The notes: generated by a model not told the origin, from the letters alone. Counted from the first letter of the whole stretch, positions 13,347 through 25,394 are shown. The stretch: DNA of 60,462 bases, filler included, from Platydemus manokwari (GCA_037951405.1; 5 parts of 5 records of this genome joined end to end with filler, not necessarily neighbours in it), one strand, 5' to 3'. Translations and numbers: made by a program.

Positions 13347-14279
13347 CTAATATATCAACAATTGTCTGATAGCCTTTCTTAGCGATTCATTCATTAATCC
13401 GAAAATCAGGGGATTCGAGCAAGATGCTAACGCATACAGCATTGTTATGACGACATAAACATCTGGTGGAAAGGTTTTCTTCGAATCAGCAGCTCGAATG
13501 ATTCCGTAAGGAATATATCCCAATATGAACATCACAAATACCATAGCAAACATTTTTGTAATCTGTATCTCTCTCTTAATTCGACTTTTATCTCTAATGT
13601 TTAATCGAAAAGACATTCTTCTGATAAAAATTAATATCAAAACAAAACATAATAAAACTACAACACAAGGAGTAATAATTGTGAATATTATGATTATTGA
13701 AATTCTTAGCGATTCACTCGGTCGATATACACATCTCAACAATCGAGGATCGTAAATGATTATGTTATTCAAGTCGACGAAACCTTTCGATAAAAATATC
13801 ATTAATAGGAAACTGAGTAGAATCGGATATAATCTCGAACAGGCAATAACTGAACAAGCATAACGAGTTTTATGAATTTTTACATAAAACGAATGTTTCA
13901 CAACAACTAGATATCGATGAATTCCAATGAAAACATGATGAAGTAGACTTATTGATACGAGAATCATGCTTACCTCTGGAACAAGAAAACACAATACACT
14001 ACCAAAGGGCCATGAATAGAACAGATAGCTGATCAATACCAAAGACTGGATGAATAACAGATTGGTGATATCATTAATGCTCAAGCTACAGATGAAAATA
14101 TTTATCATGTGTCGATGGAGGATTTTTTTTCTCATAATCACACAGACTATGGCTAAATGTCCGACAACACCCATGGTAGAGGTCACAAGCATGATTATTC
14201 CATTGATAAAAGTAAAGGTTCGACTTGGAGAGGCCGATGTAAAATTTCCAACTAGTACTGAAACGTTGTTGTCAAACAT
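13347..14279 (-). CDS. Class A (rhodopsin-like) GPCR, melatonin-receptor/Moody/Tre1/GPR84-like group, 310 aa, single coding exon
   Basis: Seven hydrophobic segments, N-terminal NxS/T sites, TM1 GH (GN), TM2 SLSIND, WPFG...C in ECL1, TM3 IGIHRYLVVVKH..Y..I, TM6 FILGYIPY and TM7 SCSNPLIF. The first ATG is at 14279 (the ORF track begins at a TTG), with an in-frame stop upstream. Confidence 0.9.
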   Translation of the reverse strand: MFDNNVSVLVGNFTSASPSRTFTFINGIIMLVTSTMGVVGHLAIVCVIMRKKILHRHMINIFICSLSINDITNLLFIQSLVLISYLFYSWPFGSVLCFLVPEVSMILVSISLLHHVFIGIHRYLVVVKHSFYVKIHKTRYACSVIACSRLYPILLSFLLMIFLSKGFVDLNNIIIYDPRLLRCVYRPSESLRISIIIIFTIITPCVVVLLCFVLILIFIRRMSFRLNIRDKSRIKREIQITKMFAMVFVMFILGYIPYGIIRAADSKKTFPPDVYVVITMLYALASCSNPLIFGLMNESLRKAIRQLLIY

Positions 14280-15380
14280 ATCACATGCCAATGAGATTAG
14301 AGCTAATTATCAACCTAGAAACAATGCTAATAATAGATAAAATATAATAATGATAATACCATTTAATATGGTTTCTATTAATGATCATCTAAAACATCAT
14401 TCGTTCATATCCAGCAAATCATGATTCTCGGTTGAAAGTGCCTTTTTTTCTGAACAATATAAAACAATTCGTTAATTTTTTTCCCCTAATATAATGGAAA
14501 TGTGAAGTTTTTTTTTGCTTATTTTGCTTTTTGTATGGACAATTAATTCGAGTCATTGAAATTGATTTTTCTCTAAACAATAGCATCCCAACAGCCAAAT
14601 TGAATTTCCCATCGAGTCTGTATATACAGATCATTTTAGTTTATGTTTTTGAATGTAGAATCGGTGGGAAAGTGCGCACAAATTAGTATTTATCAAACAG
14701 GAAATGATGATCGCGACGGAGAGATATTGAAATATTTCATAAAACTTTACGATGACTATTTGACAATGACTATTATGGTATTCATATTCAATTATTCATT
14801 GGAAACTTTGAAACAATTGCCTTTGAATTTATTTGTTTATCTTTTTAACTCAAATTATAAGTATTATTTATCATATTGTTGGAATGTGGACATTAATAAT
14901 GTCAAAATAATCTTTATCGAAGTTATGAGCCAATAATATTTGATAAAATACGGAATGGAAAAGAAATCTAAGAACTTCCAACCATAAAAATCTTTTTAAT
15001 TAAAATATTCAAGCAAATTAGGCTGATCATTTATTTTTTATCGATAGAGTTTTTATTTAAAATGATTATTTAAATATTAATTGATTTTAAACTCATAGAA
15101 GTATTCTTTGAAAGACTGGTTAATAATCTCCTTCTCAGACAATATAAGATAATAAATCAATATTGTAAAAATAACTCGCAGTAACTTATATCTAAATTGC
15201 TCATATACTTCAGATTCGTTTGAAGTCACTTTAATGAAAATATCTTGAAGTTCATTATTTGAAAACAAGTCCACAATTTAAATTAGTTATATATAGTGTA
15301 ACCCAAAAGTAGTTTTTCAGTTCTTAAACTACCTTTTATTGTAAATGTAAGTGAGGGTTTGAAAAGTGTTCGAGCCTAAA

Positions 15381-17700
15381 ATGAATCTCGTTGCAGATTT
15401 TGATGCAGCATTATGATACCGGGAAGGAAAGGAGGAAAATTTAAATCAATTCTTCGAAAAAATCGATAAACTAACAGGCAATATTCTCCGGCATAAATTA
15501 AAGAAGCCGTCGTTAATGATGTTTTTGACTCAACACGCAAGTGAGGACGTGGAAATACAAAAAGAGACGCAGGTGGGGACGTAAAAACAGTGCATCAAGC
15601 CAACGACATCATTCAGAAGATGGAAGACATTCAAAAAGAAATCAAAGTTGAAGAATCACTTGCTGCGATTCATAAGAAAGTGTGATATGCAGATATAACA
15701 ACAAATGTAAAGCAATGAAATGGTTCAATTCTGAGAAGCCAACTCTTAAGTCGTCAGCATAAAAAGAAAAGGCAGTCACTAAATGGACGATATCGAAAAA
15801 AGTGGAAAGAAACTCGACGATGAATTTATGAATGAGAATGTATGTGAAATAAAAGCATGTGTGTCTGAATATATGAGAATGAAAGATGATTTTATTTCGA
15901 ATAATTGTGATTGTATTTTCATTGATGATGAAACCCGTCACAATATTCCCATATTTAAAATAAGCTAGATTATATCGTTAAATTTAAAAATTTACATAAA
16001 TATGCTAGTAATGCGGTAGATGTAAGTAATGTTTGTAACTTGAAGAAAGAAAAATTGAATATCGTTTATGATGTTATGAATGGGAGATCCAGCATTAGGA
16101 TTTGGTTAGAAAAGCGTATTAAATTGCATTGCTTGTTGGATACAGGTGCTAAAATAAGTGCTATCAGTGAATCAATGATTAGAAAGAATAAAATAGGTGA
16201 ATCTTTGATAAAAGTGACTTGCGCAAATGAAAGCAATTTAACGTTTCTTGGTACTATATTCTTAGAGACGACGATAAGAGATATTACCAAAATAATAAAA
16301 TTTTATGTGGCAGAGACTATAACTCCAAATTTCATAGTTGGTATTGATATGATGAATGAATTTAGTATAGAATTGAGTGTTAAAAGTGTTGGGGACAATC
16401 GAACAGGTTCCCAGTATATTAATGTATTAGATGTGATAAACAGATAAACTTTTAGAAAAATTTAAAGATATTTTCATGAAAAATAAGTGGGACATAGGCC
16501 TTAAACATCGAATTGTTACTAATGGTGCACCAATAATCATTAATTTCGTAGACAGCCTATGCATTTAAAAATTCAGATCAAAGAAGTGATTAAAGAAATG
16601 GAAAATGCCTGAATAATTCAAAAGTGCGAATCAGCATGGAACACTTCATTAGTGTGTATTACCAAGAAGAATAAAGCTGATATAAGAAAATGCTTAGATT
16701 TTCGAGCCTTGAACGCGATAACCGAACGACCTTTGTTTCCAATTCCGAATGTAGAAGAAATGAAGGATATTTTAAATGGTGCCAAAATTTTCAGCACGAT
16801 TGACTTGGGCAATGCTTATTATCAAGTAGAACTTGAGGAAGACTCGCAATTAAAGAAGGCATTCTCAACGAAGAATGGGCAATTCTGTTTCAATCAAATG
16901 CCATTTGGTATTGCAGCAGCCCCAGCGACTTTCCAAAAGTTGATAACTCAAGTGCTGGGACCTATGAACTGGAAAGAATTAGTCGTATATCTTGATGATG
17001 TATTAGTCTTCGCGAAAAACGATAAAGAACTCCAGGAAAGATTAGAACGAGTATTTCAAAGAATTCATTATTCAGGATTAAAGATTAGTCCAGACAAATG
17101 TCATTTTATGAAATTTGAAATAAAGTTCCTTGGGCACATTATAAACAAAGACGGAATTTCAACGGACAAAAAAAATAAGAGCCATGCAAGAATTTGATAA
17201 ACCTAAATGTGTTAAACGACTCAGAGGTTTTTTAGGTTTATTTAATTATTATAAAAAATGTGTAAAAGACTATGCAAAGCACGCCAGAATACTCGAAAGT
17301 TTATGTGGATCCAGCAAGGCAAAACTAAAGTGGTCGGAAGAATGAGAAAACAGTTTCAATAATTTGACGTCACAGATGATGTCCACTCCGATCTTAAGAT
17401 TTCCAGATATTTCAAAGGATTTTATTTTGAACACTGATGCAGGTTTCAATACAATTGGAGCGGTTCTTTCTCAAATAGATGAAAATGGAAACGAAAAGGT
17501 GATATCATATGGCTCGAAACCGATGAATAAACGTGAGCTAGGCTATTGCATTACGCGCAAAGAACTGTTGGCCATTTATTATTTTACATAACACTTCAAA
17601 CATTATCTTTACGGAAAGAGATTCATTCTGAGAACTGATCACATAACGTTTAAGATACAGACAAAGAAGTCTATTATTGCGGAATTCCAGAATTGAAAGA
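15381..17700 (+). mobile_element. Degenerate Ty3/Gypsy LTR retrotransposon (gag remnant, protease, RT, RNase H; integrase and LTRs not found)
   Basis: Aspartyl protease LLDTGAKIS (~16132); RT CLDFRALN, IDLGNAYYQ, MPFG and YLDD (~16987); RNase H FILNTDAG...IGAVLSQ...KELLAI. Multiple stops and frameshifts split it into ORFs 15783, 16040, 16652 and 17364. Confidence 0.95.
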
Positions 17701-18567
17701 AAGATTACAATATTTTGGATACGTGTGATTGGAATAAAAATAAGTCTATAAAATTTAAGCACGGCCAATTCTGAATGACAAAGGATATTTATTTGCAGTT
17801 TGTGATTGACCAGGGTCCAAACCAGCCGGATGTTTAAAGCAAATAATTTAATAACGAACTGAAAACTAGGGAAAACATTAAATCAATCTATATACAACTG
17901 GTAGGCTGAGAATTAAGATATAAAGATTCTTTTTGTTGCCGATACCTAACTTTATCAGCAGAAATGATGATACCACTCGTAAACTTGTAAGATAGCTGAA
18001 TTTGATTTTAGTATATACAGATTTTAATTTAACAAGAGTTTTATATGAGATATCACCTGGGCAAAGTAGATTTAAATATAATTTACCTTGTTTTATCTTG
18101 TTTTCAGTAACATAGTGAAATAAACAAACACTTTATATTTGTTTAAATAAGTGATTCGCAGAAACGTTCAGTTTTTTAAATAAATCTTATGAATATTAAC
18201 ACTAATGACGAAGTTTTATTTCCTTTAACTGTAATGAAATAATTGGAATATATTTTTAATGCGATTAAATCTACACACTAACTCTTAGAATTCAATTTAA
18301 ATTATGTAATACCATAATTTTGCATAAAATTCTAAAGAATCACTGGTTATTTTAATAGAATACCAAACGGATATTGTAATTCATTAAAAATTAATTTATA
18401 AATTATAAATCATTCAGAAAAATAACAAAATGAAAGACATTAAAAAATTGTTTATTCTTATAAAAATCATCTATGCATGGCATATCAAATATGTTTGTTA
18501 ATGACAACGATTGTAAACGCATTCATTAAACCTTAATTGGTAGAGATTCAATTGGTGCAACCAAGCC

Positions 18568-18574
18568 TATAAAA
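18568..18574 (+). promoter_or_regulatory. TATA box of the Ly6/uPAR gene
   Basis: TATAAAA in the context CCTATAAAAG, about 90 bp upstream of the ATG at 18660. Confidence 0.55.
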
Positions 18575-18659
18575 GCAAGAATATAAATCAATAACTGGTA
18601 TTGAAGTTCATCCAACTGAGAATTTCTTTTTCCGATTTTCTTACAATCGATCAAAGAAA

Positions 18660-19062
18660 ATGTTCTCAAAAACGTTTCTCATTTTGGCTTTAGTTGCCAT
18701 TTGTATGTTGAAATCGTTTTGATAATGTTTTTCAAATTTTTGTCTTCATTATCCTTTCAGATTTACCGACCAAATCCAATGGAATTCAATGTTACAATTG
18801 CTTGAACTGTACGACCCCTTTTACAAAATCAGGAAGCGTGGTTCAAAATAACTGTGTCTATTGCCAGACAACAATAGTTGGCCCATTAGTGAGAAAATCA
18901 TGTGAATCAATTTGCCCGTTATTAACCAATAATCATGTTGCCTCTAATGCTTGTTGTACTGCAGATCTTTGTAATTCTGGACATAAATTACGAATTTTCA
19001 AAGGAACTTTGGTAAGCCTAATAGCATTGGCTACTTACTTAAATGGATACAAACAGCATTGA
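18660..19062 (+). CDS. Ly6/uPAR (three-finger, CD59-like) secreted, probably GPI-anchored protein, 114 aa, 2 exons
   Basis: Exon 1 is 18660-18702 (signal peptide MFSKTFLILALVAI), followed by a 58-nt GT-AG phase-1 intron. Exon 2 is 18761-19062: IQCYNCLNC...CVYC...CESIC...CCTADLCN (10 Cys, CCxxDxCN end), then a hydrophobic tail. AATAAA at ~19142. Confidence 0.9.
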
Positions 19063-19449
19063 CATTGACAATTTGAAATCCTATCTTATTCAATTTTCAA
19101 CGACGATTTTTTATTATTTTCGATAAATTGACCTCTCGATAAATAAATCTCTCTCTAGATTATCTAGATCAATAATCGATTGTGATTTATTGATTTTTAT
19201 TAATATGTTGTTATTAGAATATTTCAAAATTATTTTAAAATTATGAACAATTAGTTTTTCACTAAAACATTAGCATTAAAAATTTTCCTCGCCAAATTTA
19301 ACGTTGGTTTCCATTAGATAATTACAAAAATTATTTTAAAGTTCATTTAATGACCTTTAATTTGATAAGTTTAAAAAGAGATATACTGATATTAAATTTT
19401 TTACCAAGACTTATGATATTATTTTCATTGCAAAGATAAATTTATTAAA

Positions 19450-21300
19450 TTTTATATAATTATTCTCATTTTTCTTGTTTATTTTAAAATATTAAAAATT
19501 ATCTCCAATCCATTTGTTCATTTTCTATGCAAAGCTCGGAACTTATTTTGCTTATATATGTCATTGATAGAAGAATCCGAAGCTGGTTCGATGAGATTCA
19601 GTGATGACAAAATCAATAACTCTGTAACAATCAATATTTACTTTTAAGCTGTCCATTTGCGTATCGATTTTTGTTCTTTTTTCAATCTGCATTCGTTAAA
19701 AGTAGTGAATAAATTGATGATATTTTTTTAGTATAAATAATTCTTGTTAGTTAAAGATGTTTATACATGAAAAAAGATTTGATAATAAATATTTCATAAT
19801 GACCAACATGTGCTTGAGCTGTTAATTTATTATTGTTGAAAAATTATTGTCATTTCATCGATTAGAATAAGAATGACAATATTATACATAAATATTTAAT
19901 TTTTATATGTAAGATATTTTTAACAAAACACTACCGTGTTATGGTCAAACTAATGGCACACTGTAAATCTGGTAGAAACAGAATAAATTTAAATTGAATA
20001 ATTTAATCCCTACAAAAACAACATTTTATTAAAGAATACCTCACATAATTTTTTAATATTACAATGCATTAAATCCAAGTTTAAAAGCTGTTTTAGGTGT
20101 GCAGTGTTTCCTCTTTTAGAATAATATTCACAAAAAGAATTGCAAATTTAAATTTACCTGAGCGGTTTTAATTTTGTACTGCTTTTGTTTATTGAACTGC
20201 TGTTTTGAAAATATTTTATTGAGTTTCAACATCCGAAATGTAAATCCAAAAAAACCATGTGAATTTAAAACGATTAATATATTTCAAATATATATTCATC
20301 TAATCTTATATTTTAAAAAAGTAATTTGAAAGGTTGTGTTAGAAATTACGTGTTTTACTTTATTATCATACAGACTTGGTTCTACATTAAGCCGATGACA
20401 TTTCGAAATACTTCATTGATATCGATCAGAATTTCTTTTATAAACATCTAATTCTAAATATTTTACACCATACAATTTCTGCGATGTAGTCAGCTCAGAT
20501 TTCGGTTACATAGTAGCTAATTAGCTTCAATAATAAGAACATTGTGTATATTGGTATCATTATAACTAAATGCAGCAAAAACAAAACGTATATAAAAGCC
20601 AAACAATTTACTAACCTTAAAATCTGATGTCCTTGTTGCAAAACCGAAATTATTTAAAATTATTAATAATCAATATCAAAATGGATTAATTATCTTTATA
20701 ACGATTTAAAATGGCTCAAATTTACTTATATAAAAACCTAATTCCCATCAGAGCTAAGATGTCGTATTAGAAGATTTTACAAATTACAAATCTGGAAAGG
20801 ATTTGTTAAATTCAAAAGAATACACGTTAATTCTAAATTTCAATAATAAAAAACTTTAGATTTATAACCTGTTCATATTGCTGAAGCATATTATAAGCAT
20901 AAAACTGTTGCACACCAAGATGTTCTGAATAATATTGGGTCGCCTTTAGATAAGTGTTTAGAAAAAATTATCAATGAAAGTTATGTTATAATATTATAAT
21001 TAGATAGAATGACGACATTTATTATTGACGCTGGTAGTTCTATTTTTGAACAATTCAATAGCCTTACTTAAAATACACGAAAGTTTGCTTATAGAATTTA
21101 TTCATATGATTTGAACTTGCAATAAGTATTTATATTTTGCTCTGATGATTTTGAAACAACTACCAATGTAATGAACGATTGATTTGTTATTGTCAGTATA
21201 ATTATCACAACACAATTTATATCGATGTAATAATATAATTATTAAAAATTAAAACTAATCGCTAACATCGATAATAACGTTAATATTGTTTAAGTTTTCC
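19450..21300 (+). mobile_element. Decayed Polinton/Maverick-like capsid genes (major capsid remnant ~19450-20990; possible minor capsid ~21009-21300)
   Basis: Stop-riddled + strand segments in the order expected for a Maverick double-jelly-roll capsid: LFFQSAFVK (SLFxxVxV), NNLIPT..ILLKN..NFLI, KYFTPYNF (NPYNF), TYIKA, NGL...NGSNLL..NLIP (NG...F..G..L..FDLxP) and YTLILNF...HIAEAY. A short ORF follows: MTTFIIDAGSS...VFIFCSDDFE..VMND (penton-like YxYCD..E...GD). Matched by eye only. Confidence 0.45.
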
Positions 21301-21399
21301 TAGTTGTAGGCGCAGTAATAGTATCTGATGTTATTCAACATAGCTTTGAAAAAGCATTGTGTGATGTTGAAAATCTCCAAAAACGATTTTGCCATGATG

Positions 21400-21499
21400 N
21401 NNNNNNNNNNNNNNNNNNNNNNNNNNNNNNNNNNNNNNNNNNNTTAATTAATTAANNNNNNNNNNNNNNNNNNNNNNNNNNNNNNNNNNNNNNNNNNNN
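21400..21499. other. Artificial assembly spacer
   Basis: 44N + TTAATTAATTAA + 44N. Confidence 0.98.
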
Positions 21500-21554
21500 T
21501 ATCAATTCCTATTCTGAGTGACCAATTCTAAATTGATTTTCGAAACCTTATATA

Positions 21555-21782
21555 CAGATAGCCCAAAAGTAGGTTTATAGTTATCACGTAAACTATTTAT
21601 TTGAAAATTCAACATTAGAATAGCGAGAAATCCGTTATACATGTTAACATAAGCAATTTAATCTCTCATATGCTCAAAATATCCTCCGTCAACATATATT
21701 TATATTGGTATTACTAAGCAAGTAACTTCAAACCATATAAATGGTAATTTAATAATTGTAAACCTGTTTTTGGGTCACCCTG
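21555..21782 (-). mobile_element. Internally deleted Tc1/mariner element
   Basis: TA-flanked imperfect ~30-bp TIRs (CAGATAGCCCAAAAGTAGGTTTATAGTTAT / CAGGGTGACCCAAAAACAGGTTTACAATTAT). The minus strand retains the transposase C-terminal motif VDGGYFEH. Confidence 0.75.
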
Positions 21783-22248
21783 TATATTTGATTAATCTAA
21801 TCTGGACTCACCCATGTTTGACAAACTCGAAAAATTATGCGACTACTGATTTTTCATGAATTTTAAAAGCTTTTCAGCGTATTTCACAACCATTATTCAT
21901 TTTTAACTTTATTAATGATTTTATTAACGACTTAATGACAATTTTTTATTTACATTATGCCATTATTAACAACTTTTCGATTCAAAGTCCCACCAAGGTT
22001 AACCAACAGAAAAATTATCAAACAATTTCTCTCTCAATGAAATCAGAATACAAATAAACGATGAATTTCAGTTTACACGAAAACCTAACCCTTCTCTTCG
22101 AAAATAGCTTATGCGAATCACTTCGATAAAATAACGAAAAGATTGCTTAAACAAGTACCAGCTGTCATTTTCGTTTAACGCAGTATATATTACTAATCTT
22201 GTTGGATGAAAAAAGCTTTTCATTCTTCGATTTTATCAGTCAGAACAA

Positions 22249-23447
22249 CTAGTGAGTTATCTGGTCCTGTCCATCAAAGACAGCTACAAATAATGAATAA
22301 AGAGACATAAATGCGTAGCACCTTACGATACCATGAATCATAAGATAAAGAATTCTGTTTAAGTCGAGTTATTATATTAAGAAGCTTAATTATATATATA
22401 TATAAGATCACATTGCTCCTAGACTCTGAATGTTTCAATTTGAAATATTTTACCACTAATTATGTAGAATTTCGAATACTCAATAGGAAAACCATTGATC
22501 AAAAACCTAGTTTATTAATTCATATCGTAGATATTTAATTCCATTGATTAAATAATAATAATGACCCGTAATCACCCTGACTTATTTAGTGAAACAAATC
22601 CATAATCTCTATTTCAAAGCAATGATTTTATAAATAATTTTGTGAACGTGGCCTTTATATCTTTTAAATAAAAAAAATTACTACTTTGATATTCAGTATG
22701 GATTATTCTGGTATTTAACTGGATTAACAGAATACAATTAAGAAAATTAAATCAAGCAATGGACAAAAATAAAAAATAAGCTCATAGCAAATCAAATAAA
22801 TCACGTTGCAGCTTCAAGTCATTTATTTACTATATATAGATTTGATATGAGGCTCTGTATAAATTATATAATATCATTAACGATATATGTATCGACCTTA
22901 AATTTGAACTAAATAAGTCCTTAATATTACTAAATAAGAGTTTCATCCACCAATTTTTTGGTTAAAAGTTAGTAACTAGAACAAACTATATTTTTCCACA
23001 ATGCTGTTAAATTATAAAATCACACCATGGGTTCTCCATGTTTAACATAAATAAACAGATTAAATAGTTAGGAACCAATTCCCATTGATTACACAGCAAT
23101 TATGAAATTGAATAATATTACATCAGAATTATGAAAATAAATTTAATTGAGAAACTTCTGAGATATTTTTAAATGTATTTCGAATTAAAATAACACATTT
23201 TCTGACAGTTACCAATGATGATATAACAATAAATTACAACGATTGATAATAAATACATTCATGAAAACAATATTGACAACAATGGTAAAATTTTAGAAAT
23301 AAATTATAAAAGCATTAAACCGAAATTTAAAATATAAATTTAAATTCATATAGCGAGTTATTGTTGTTAACTAACCTCAACGACAAGCTTAGAAACATCA
23401 AAATTGTGACTCTTATCAACAGAACGAAGTCTTTCTTCACTAGTCAT
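22249..23447 (-). CDS. Candidate small spliced protein (~54 aa), divergent from ROPN1L
   Basis: Phase-compatible GT-AG exons 23447-23376 (MTSEERLRSVDKSHNFDVSKLVVE|gttag), 22384-22327 (LLNIITRLKQNSLSYDSWY C|gtaag) and 22283-22249 (PVFDGQDQITH*). No recognised homology; the 5' exons are unresolved. Confidence 0.35.
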
Positions 23448-24349
23448 TTCTAAAATTAATTAAATTAAGTAAAAATATTTAAATGTTGAGGTAAAGCTTA
23501 ACTTCGGTTTGATTATTGTATTTAGTATGACGTCAATATTAATAAATGTTTTAACTAAAAAAGATAGAATGAGAAAGATAATAGAACATTTTAATTATAC
23601 AAAAAATAAACCAAAATAAAATTTTAAAACACAAGATAAAAAAATTTGAAATTTATCAGAAAAATAATTTGTACTTAATATAAACAAAATATATAAATAC
23701 ATTTATTTCCGGTTGCATCATAACTGGAGTTTGATAATGAAATAGCTAAAAGACGATAAAAGTAGAAAATATGACTTTAATAAACATTTACTCAGTCAAG
23801 ATTTTATTCGCACAAAAGAAATTGTTAGAAGTTTCTAAAAATGAGAACTTAGTAATATTTCTGCATACTTAACGCTTACAAATAAAGTTTAATATGAGCA
23901 ATCGTAGAGCTTCATTTGAGTATTATGTAATGATGCAACACTTTAAAAATTATAAAATTAACTCTTTGAATCTCATTAATTAAAATTTTCGTTTAAGATT
24001 TTCATTGTCTATTTAAAGAAATTTTTATTAAATTTCGTTGATTTACTAAAATCAGTTATAACTTTATCAAACTTTAATTTATTAAGACTTTAATATTTTG
24101 TAAAGGACAAATTTCTAAATACACTGGAAAAATAACAGTAATACAAGTATTTCCATAAATTACACTAGTAAAATAAATGATTTTTATATTGTAATATATT
24201 TTTATATTTTGATTTCAAATTTACTAGAATTATAAAAATGAAAGTTCAACTAACTATTTATACAAAAAAGAAATTTAAAATTGATTGAATAATTTAAGAT
24301 TTTAATAATGAATATTTTAATATGAATAAATTATATTAATATGAAAACT

Positions 24350-24375
24350 TGTTTAAAATAAGTTGCTATAGATAC
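24350..24375 (+). promoter_or_regulatory. RFX X-box with an adjacent forkhead (FoxJ1-type) core
   Basis: GTTGCTATAGATAC at 24362-24375, ending about 30 bp before the ROPN1L ATG; TGTTTA at 24350-24355. Confidence 0.7.
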
Positions 24376-24406
24376 ATTTGGTTATTTTTTAAAATTTAAT
24401 TTAATA

Positions 24407-25291
24407 ATGCCTTTGGAAGAAGAACCGTATTATTGCCATGAACAGATTCAAATTCCTCCTGAATTTCCTGAAATCTTAAAACAATTTACTAAGGCTGCTA
24501 TTAGAACACAACCACACGATATCCTAGCTTGGTCACACTCGTATTATATTACATATACAATTCATTTTTATTTGAATCGTATGTTTCAGATATTTTAGAG
24601 CTATGGCTGATGGTGCTTTACCACCTGTTAAAGAAAGATTGGAAATGCCTATTGCAACTCAAAAAACTGACACTGGATTGACTCCAGAATTGTTAAAAAC
24701 TCTTAACCGTCAAGTATTGCTTATTTTAAATATATGTAAATCTTTATATTTAGTTCAACTATTTTAGCTTGGACCGAAAAAGACTGTCAATTTAGACGAA
24801 ATTGAAGCTCGTTGGAAAGATCTTTTGATTCCAATGGAATTATTTCATGAAGTTGCTAAAATCGGCAACTTTGTAACATCTGCTGAATGGTTGAAATTTC
24901 TAGCAATCTCTGCTACAACAATTAGAGCTGTTAGTTGATATAATGTTTTCCATTGACAATTTTTATAAATCCATTTATCGATTTCAGAACATTGCCGAAT
25001 CATTGAAATTGTTGTGTGAAATTTTAACTTCCGACCCAGAAATGGGCCCATCTCGAATTCCATTTGAATTGTGGAAAATGCTTTACAATTATCTGGTATC
25101 GATTGATGGATGCATTTCACAGGAACACGTGAACTCTGTTATCAATTATTTGAATGCTGATGTGTTAGTTTGATTTTTTTTTATTTTTTCTATATTTTTT
25201 CATATTTTTTTCCTCTTTCAGAGAACGACAAGGCGGTTTGGTTCAACCGAGTAACTTTTTCCATTCCGATTGTCCAAAGATTCAACCTTAA
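24407..25291 (+). CDS. ROPN1L: Ropporin-1-like protein (RIIa D/D domain; radial spoke RSP11 homologue), 221 aa, 5 exons
   Basis: Exons 24407-24540, 24590-24713, 24768-24929, 24988-25163 and 25222-25291, all GT-AG and in phase (666 nt). Hallmark motifs QIQIPPEFPEILKQFTKAAIRTQP, PVKERLE, TDTGLT, EWLKFLA, CEILT.DPE.GP.RIPF and CPK. Confidence 0.95.
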
Positions 25292-25310
25292 ATATTTAAT
25301 TATAAAATCA

Positions 25311-25394
25311 ATTGATTATTATTATTTGATTATTATTATTATTATTTGATTATTATTTGTTATTATTGTTGTTATTATTATTGTTATTATTATT
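25311..25394. repeat. Degenerate (TTA)n / TGATTATTATT repeat in the ROPN1L 3' region
   Basis: Tandem GATTATTATTATTT and TTGTTA units. Confidence 0.8.

Noticed and set aside
13525-14340. + strand ORFs 13525-13755 and 14050-14340
   Set aside because: Antisense shadows of the GPCR's hydrophobic codons.
22220-22283. TGT CTT TGA TGG read as a CxU selenocysteine motif
   Set aside because: The frame is incompatible with the upstream exon and no SECIS was recognised.
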